From NCBI RefSeq assembly GCF_009914755.1, contig NC_060932.1: a DNA stretch of 64,000 nt. The stretch is one strand, 5' to 3'. Position numbers and translations under genes: made by a program. The notes below the pieces were generated by a model. The model ran no database searches. It was given only the letters and a program-made list of their open reading frames with translations, and was not told the origin of the DNA. The stretch comes from the human T2T-CHM13v2.0 reference genome, Homo sapiens. Below, piece by piece: positions 57,249-64,000 of the stretch (positions within the stretch are counted from its first letter, which is position 1; every line of letters starts with the position of its first letter).

Positions 57249-58396
57249 GTTGTGACCTTCTCAGTACAACACGTCAGGAGGTACCACATGTCAGTTTGTC
57301 CTATTATTGATGATGTTGATCTTGGCTGTTTGGTGGAAGTGGTTTCTGTCGTATTTCTCCAATGTAAAGACACCTCTTTTTCTCCTCTGTAAATGATCAG
57401 TCATCTGTGGCAGCTTTGAGACTATGTAAACATCCTGTTCCCCAACATTTCACCCAATGGTTTTGGCACCCACTGATGATGCTTGCCTGAATCATTAGTA
57501 CTTCGATGGCTGCAGAACAGTGATTTTCTAGCTTAATCTTTCCTTCTACATATATTGGTTGGAAATGGGCCTTCCAAAGTGTTTGCAAATAAGATTTAAC
57601 GAGCCTAAAGTCTGGAGACGGTGGGATTGCCTGGTTGGATATGAAGATGGATAACATCTTCATATCAATAGGTATGAAGATTATTTTTTATAAAAACGGC
57701 ATCCTGCCATGCTCACTGTTTTATAACCTGCTCCTTTCATTTAATGAGACCTTTCCATTGTATAAACAGGCCATGATTTGTTTAACCAATCCCTTACAGG
57801 CAGACACACAAGTCTTTTTCAATTTTCTTGCTACTGTAATCTTTATTTATTCTTCTTTTCCCATTTATCTGATTGTTTCCTTAGGATAAATTGGAGAGAT
57901 AAATTTGACTTCCAAGATCAAAGCCAAATCAGAAGGATTCAAGTCCTGCTTGAGTCATAGGCAGCAGTGTTGGACAGCCTCTTGTTTTTCCTTATCCGTG
58001 TCTTATTCCTGCAGCCAGAATGAAGCTTGTTAGGAGACTGCCTCCCTGCCTGACTGAGCTGACTGTGTACCAAGCGTGAAAGCCAGGTTTCAACTAATGA
58101 CTCACACCAACTATTGCCAATAAAAATGATGTAAGACTCCAGGTAGGCACATTGACATTTTCTAGACATGAATGTTAGAGCCCACGTGGTCCAATATCCT
58201 GTCTCCAAGAAGCCAGAAAGAAAAAAAAACATGAAGAATGGAAGGATTTAGAAGCCACTCCGCCTAGGGATAGGGAAGGAGATGGCCCGGAGATGCTGCA
58301 CAGGGTTAGACAGCGCGATGGGGTAATACAAACACAAACTTTGCAGGCAGGTGATTCAAATCCTGTAATTTGGAGCAAGTGACTTCACCTCTTTCA

Positions 58397-59578
<1,182 letters not shown>

Positions 59579-59599
59579 AACGCACTGATATAGTGCTCT

Positions 59600-60010
59600 T
59601 CAGTTAAGAGTCCCAAGAGCAAATGTTATTCACCACAGGTGACTCGACTGAAGAGACTCCATTACAGGGACATCTTAGATGGTGTGGCAGAGTTAAGAGA
59701 ACAGGCAAGGGGTGCAGAGGCACCCAGAGACTAGTGACAGTAGGAAGCCATTGTCACCTCTAGGGCTGAAGGAACGAGCAGAGGGAAGATGTTATCAGAA
59801 CCCAGAAAGAGCGAGAGCCATAGAAGGAGGACCACTTAGCTGGAATTGTAGTTGTAGTTGCTGCTGGTGAAACAGCATCAAAGCAAAAAGAAAATGAAGA
59901 AATGCCCAGTGCTCTCTCTCCTCCTGCCCTCCAATCCCTTTCTAGGGCCTCCCAAGGCCAAGTTCATCCAGAAACCAGCTGACAAGGAATGCAGGGTGAT
60001 GCAGACCCAT
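59600..60010. mobile_element. Possible ancient LTR remnant
   Basis: ggcacccagagactagtgacagtaggaagccattgtcacctctagggctgaagg resembles old mammalian LTRs. Family uncertain. Confidence 0.35.
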
Positions 60011-61239
60011 CCAGATTCAGGTTCCTGTTTAACTGGCATGGCATCAGGGACACTGACTGCCTTCAGCAGCACACACAGCAGAAACCAGTCATCCTCCAAG
60101 GCTGTGGCAGAACAGGGTTCCCAGAGAAGCTATAGCATGAGAAAGGCAAAAACTTAAATGGTCTCAAGTGGATTCCAGCCAGAAACACAGGTAAACAAGC
60201 CATCAATTCAGGGACACCAAAAGGCGTTAAAATTCATTTAAATTCATCTAACTCAGCCACTCTTGTTTTAGAGATGAAAGAAGAGCAATTCAGCATGAGT
60301 AACTAATTTACCTAAGGTCATCTTCTACTTAGTTACAAATCCAGGACAAGAACTGAAATATTTTGATTCCACAATCAGCTTTTTTCCCTATAACCCTTAG
60401 TATTGCAAGCATAGATCAGAGTGAGTTGGTTTTTGCTAGAGCCATCAGTGCACTTGTTCCTAAAGCTGCTAAGCCAAAAAGGGTTAATTGTCCCTTGTAA
60501 ACTTTGCCTGACATAAGCTATAGGAAACCAGAGTAGACTTGTCTTTTGTTGGCTCAAGCAAGTAAGAGGTGCGGTCTACAGATCTCAAGGAATAACGAAG
60601 GAGAAATCCGCTCCAATTTCAAGTTAAAATTAACAGCCCAAGTTCAAAGTGAAACTTGGTAAGGAGAAATGAAGCTGAGCATCCTTAAAGGTGGTGGTGG
60701 TTGCTTGTTGGTGTCATTGCTGGTCTGCTCATTTCATTTCTCTGTCACTGCAAATTGCAGCCAGGTTTCTTGACATTTATTGAGCACCTACCATATATTC
60801 AGCTCTGTGCTATATGCTGGGGATACCAAGATAAATAGGATTCCCGTCCTTGAAACATTCCTCTGCCTATTTCTTTATTCTCTCCCTCTCAACACATGTA
60901 CATATACACACAAAAAGTCAACCCCAATAAGCACTTACATCTTTCTACTGATGACGGAAGCATCACTGGCATGAGTTTGCATCACATCCAATTATTTTTA
61001 CAACGATTACCTATAGAGATGAGCCTGTGTGTCTTCATCCTGCAGGGCACGGAGATTATCACTCCTTCCTCTCATTCCCCTTAGCGCTTTATATAGACCT
61101 ATGTTATCACATTTATCATCCTGTCTCCTCCATCAGAGTCCCCAAGGGCAGAAGTCACATCCTGGTTATCTTGTAGCCCCAGTACCCTAGTGCACTGCTT
61201 GGCACATAGTAGGTGCTCAATACATGTTTATTGATTACC

Positions 61240-61500
61240 TGGTGAGTGGATGAATTGTTGAATGAATAGATTATAAAAACATGGATGGATGCGTGAATGA
61301 TCAGATGAGTAGGTAGATGAGTGGATACACAGATGTTTAGGTGAGTCAATGTGTGGAAAATATTTGAGTGGATGGATAGTTGGACGTTGGGTGCATGGAT
61401 GGATGGATAAATGAATGGGTAGATAGATGGATGTTTGGATGGATAAGTAAATGGACGGGTAGATAGGTGAGTTGTTGGTGAATGCATAGATGGATAAATG
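61240..61500. repeat. Degenerate (GGAT/GAAT)n low-complexity tract at an L2 tail
   Basis: Direct reading. Preceded by ggcacatagtaggtgctcaata. Confidence 0.8.
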
Positions 61501-61518
61501 ATTTTAAAGATATTTATC

Positions 61519-61772
61519 TGGCCGGGTGTGATGGCTCAAGCCTGTAATCCCAGTACTTTAGGAGGCCAAAGTGGGTGGATCACCCAAGGTCATGAGTTTG
61601 AGACCAGCCTAACCAACATGGTTGAAACCCTGTTTCTACTAAAAATACAAAAATTAGCTGGGCATGGTGGCACATGCCTGTAATCCCAGCTGAGGCACAA
61701 GAAGCGCTTGAACCCAGGAGGCAGAGGTTACAGTGAGCCGAGATCATGCCACTGCACTCCAGCCTGGGCAAC
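61519..61772 (+). mobile_element. AluS lacking its 3' end and tail
   Basis: Ends at cctgggcaac, with an internal deletion at cccagc|tgaggc. Confidence 0.88.
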
Positions 61773-61958
61773 TTAGAATAATATCTACCCTACCTACCTC
61801 CTAAAATAATGCCATCCTAAGTAAGAGGTTATAATAACTGCATAGTGTGGTGAGAAAAAAGTGTTAGGATCAAAATCCCTGAGTCCTACCTTGGCCAAAA
61901 TTTCCCTACCAATTTTGCCTCTTAGTAGCTGTGTATATAATAACTTGAACAAATTCTT

Positions 61959-63294
61959 TTTTTTTTAATTATGCTTTAAGTTCTAGGGTACGTGTGCACA
62001 ATGTGCAGGTTTGTTACATATGTATACATGTGCCATGTTGGTTTGCTGCACCCATTAATTCGTCATTTATGTTAGGTATTTCTCCTAATGTTATCCCTCC
62101 CCCATCCCCCCACCCCACGAAAGGCCCCGATGTGTGATGTTCCCCGCCCTGTGTCCAAGTGTTCTCATTGTTCAATTCCCACCTATGAGTGAGAACATGC
62201 GGTGTTTGGTTTTCTGTCCTTGTGATAGTTTGCTGAGAATGATGGTTTCCAGCTTCATCCATGTCCCTACAAAGGAAATGAACTCATCCTTTTTTATGGC
62301 TGCGTAATATTCCATGGTGTATACGTGCCACATGTTCTTAATCCAGTCTATCATTGATGGACATTTGGGTGGTTCCAAGTCTTTGCTATTGTGAATAGTG
62401 CCACAATAAACATACGTGTGCATGTGTCTTAATAGTAGCATGATTTATAATCCTTTGGGTATATACCCAATAATGGGATCTCTGGGTCAAATGGTATTTC
62501 TAGTTCTAGATCTTTGAAGAATTACCACACTGTCTTCCACAATGGTTGAACTAGTTTACACTCCCACCAACAGTGTAAAAGCATCCCTGTTTCTCCACAT
62601 CCTCTCCAGCACCTGTTGTTTCCTGACTTTTTAATGATCGCCATTCTAACTGGTGTGAGATGGTATCTCATTGTGGTTTTGATTTGCATTTTTCTGATGG
62701 CCAGTGATGATGAGCATTTTCTCATGTGTCTGTTGGCTGCATAAATGTCTTCTTTTGAAAAGCGTCTGTTCATATCCTTTGCCCACTTTTTGATGGGGTT
62801 GTTTGATTTTTTCTTGTAAATTTGTTTAAGTAAATTGTAAATTTCTTGGAAATTGTAAATTTCTTATAAATTTGTAAAGTAAATTTGTAATTTGTAGATT
62901 CTTAATATTACCCATTTGTCAGATGAGTAGATTGCAAAAATTTTCTCCCATTCTATAGGTTGCCTGTTCTCTCTGATGGTAGTTTCTTTTGCTGTGCAGA
63001 AGCTCTTTAGTTTAATTAGATCCCATTTGTCTATTTCGGCTTTTGTTGCCATTGCTTTTGGTGTTTTAGTCATGAAGTCCTTGCCCATGCCTATGTCCTG
63101 AATGGTAATGCCTAGGATTTCTTCTAGGGCTTTTATGGTTTTAGGTCTAACACTTAAGTCTTTAATCCATCTTGAATTAATTTTTGTATAAGGTGTAAGG
63201 AAGGGATCCAGTTTCAGCTTTCTACATATGGCTAGCCAGCTTTCCCAGCACCATTTATTAAATAGGGAATCCTTCCCCATTTGTTGCTTTTGTC
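61959..63294 (-). mobile_element. 5'-truncated L1PA (PA5-7-like), 1.3 kb, inserted in a MIR
   Basis: ORF2 C-terminal fragments ([45 protein letters not shown]). Perfect 18-bp TSD taacttgaacaaattctt (61941-58, 63295-312). Confidence 0.96.
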
Positions 63295-64000
63295 TAACTT
63301 GAACAAATTCTTAACCTCTGTGGGCTACCTTCTGTTCAGTTCTAAAATGAAGGTGATACAGTAGACACTACCCTAAAAAATCTGGTGGTTATTGTGATAA
63401 TTAAATGAGATAATGTACTAATAGATGTGGTAGTGCTTTGTCACAGCAAGCAATTATGGTGATGAGAATGGTGACAATGATGGATAATATAGGTGGTTGT
63501 CATCTGGCCAGTGTCCATAAGGTAGAAATATAGTGTCTTTCCCATTGAGCTTTGCCATTCTAGACCCAAATCCTCCAGCCTCAGCATTCCCAGTTCCCTA
63601 GACTAGAGGTGGTCCCACCTACTGCAAGCACTTCATCTTTCTCCTTCCCAGGATTCGGTCATTGTCTGCAGCAGCTGTGCCTGTGGGACCTGAGCCCGCT
63701 GTTACGAAGGAAAGCATGGGGATGACTCAGGGAGGGTACATCAGAGCAGTGTGGGTGGAAAAGCCTTCACTGATGAGTTACTTTCTGAAGTACTCTTGTA
63801 TTTATTTTCTTAGATATCTGAGAAACACATCTGCAGTGCCAAAACATTCATTCAATACTTACTTAATGAATGCCTTCTTTGTGTCAAGCACTGTAATTGC
63901 TGGGGAAACAAAATTGAATGATACTTGCTCCTACCCTCAATTGACCCTGCTGGTCTGTGCCTTCAGGAGGTTGTAGGCATTCCAGGACTTAGTCCAGTTA

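Overview
Primate, almost certainly human, genomic DNA covering the 3' part of ZHX2 (zinc fingers and homeoboxes 2) on the + strand. It contains the end of a large 5'-UTR intron (1-20441) and one 2737-nt exon (20442-23178) that holds the entire 837-aa ORF (20661-23174). A 19.2-kb intron starts 4 nt after the stop codon, and a non-coding terminal exon (42392 to about 43660) carries two AATAAA signals. About 20 kb of intergenic DNA follows. The rest is mostly repeats: about 25 Alus, a 5.9-kb L1PB, two L1PA 3' ends, MaLR LTRs, MIR/L2 and hAT MITEs. Nearly all other ORFs in the track are repeat-derived or chance. The best leads are (i) a whole-ORF exon flanked by convergent Alus, a candidate for a protein-coding circRNA, (ii) a 17-codon uORF, (iii) a cryptic donor that would give ZHX2 an alternative C-terminus, (iv) a tailless 5S retropseudogene, (v) clustered fold-back palindromes and templated duplications upstream of the coding exon, and (vi) unusual retrotransposition junctions. 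I see no evidence for a wholly new biological system. Repeat subfamily names were recognised by eye and their boundaries are approximate.
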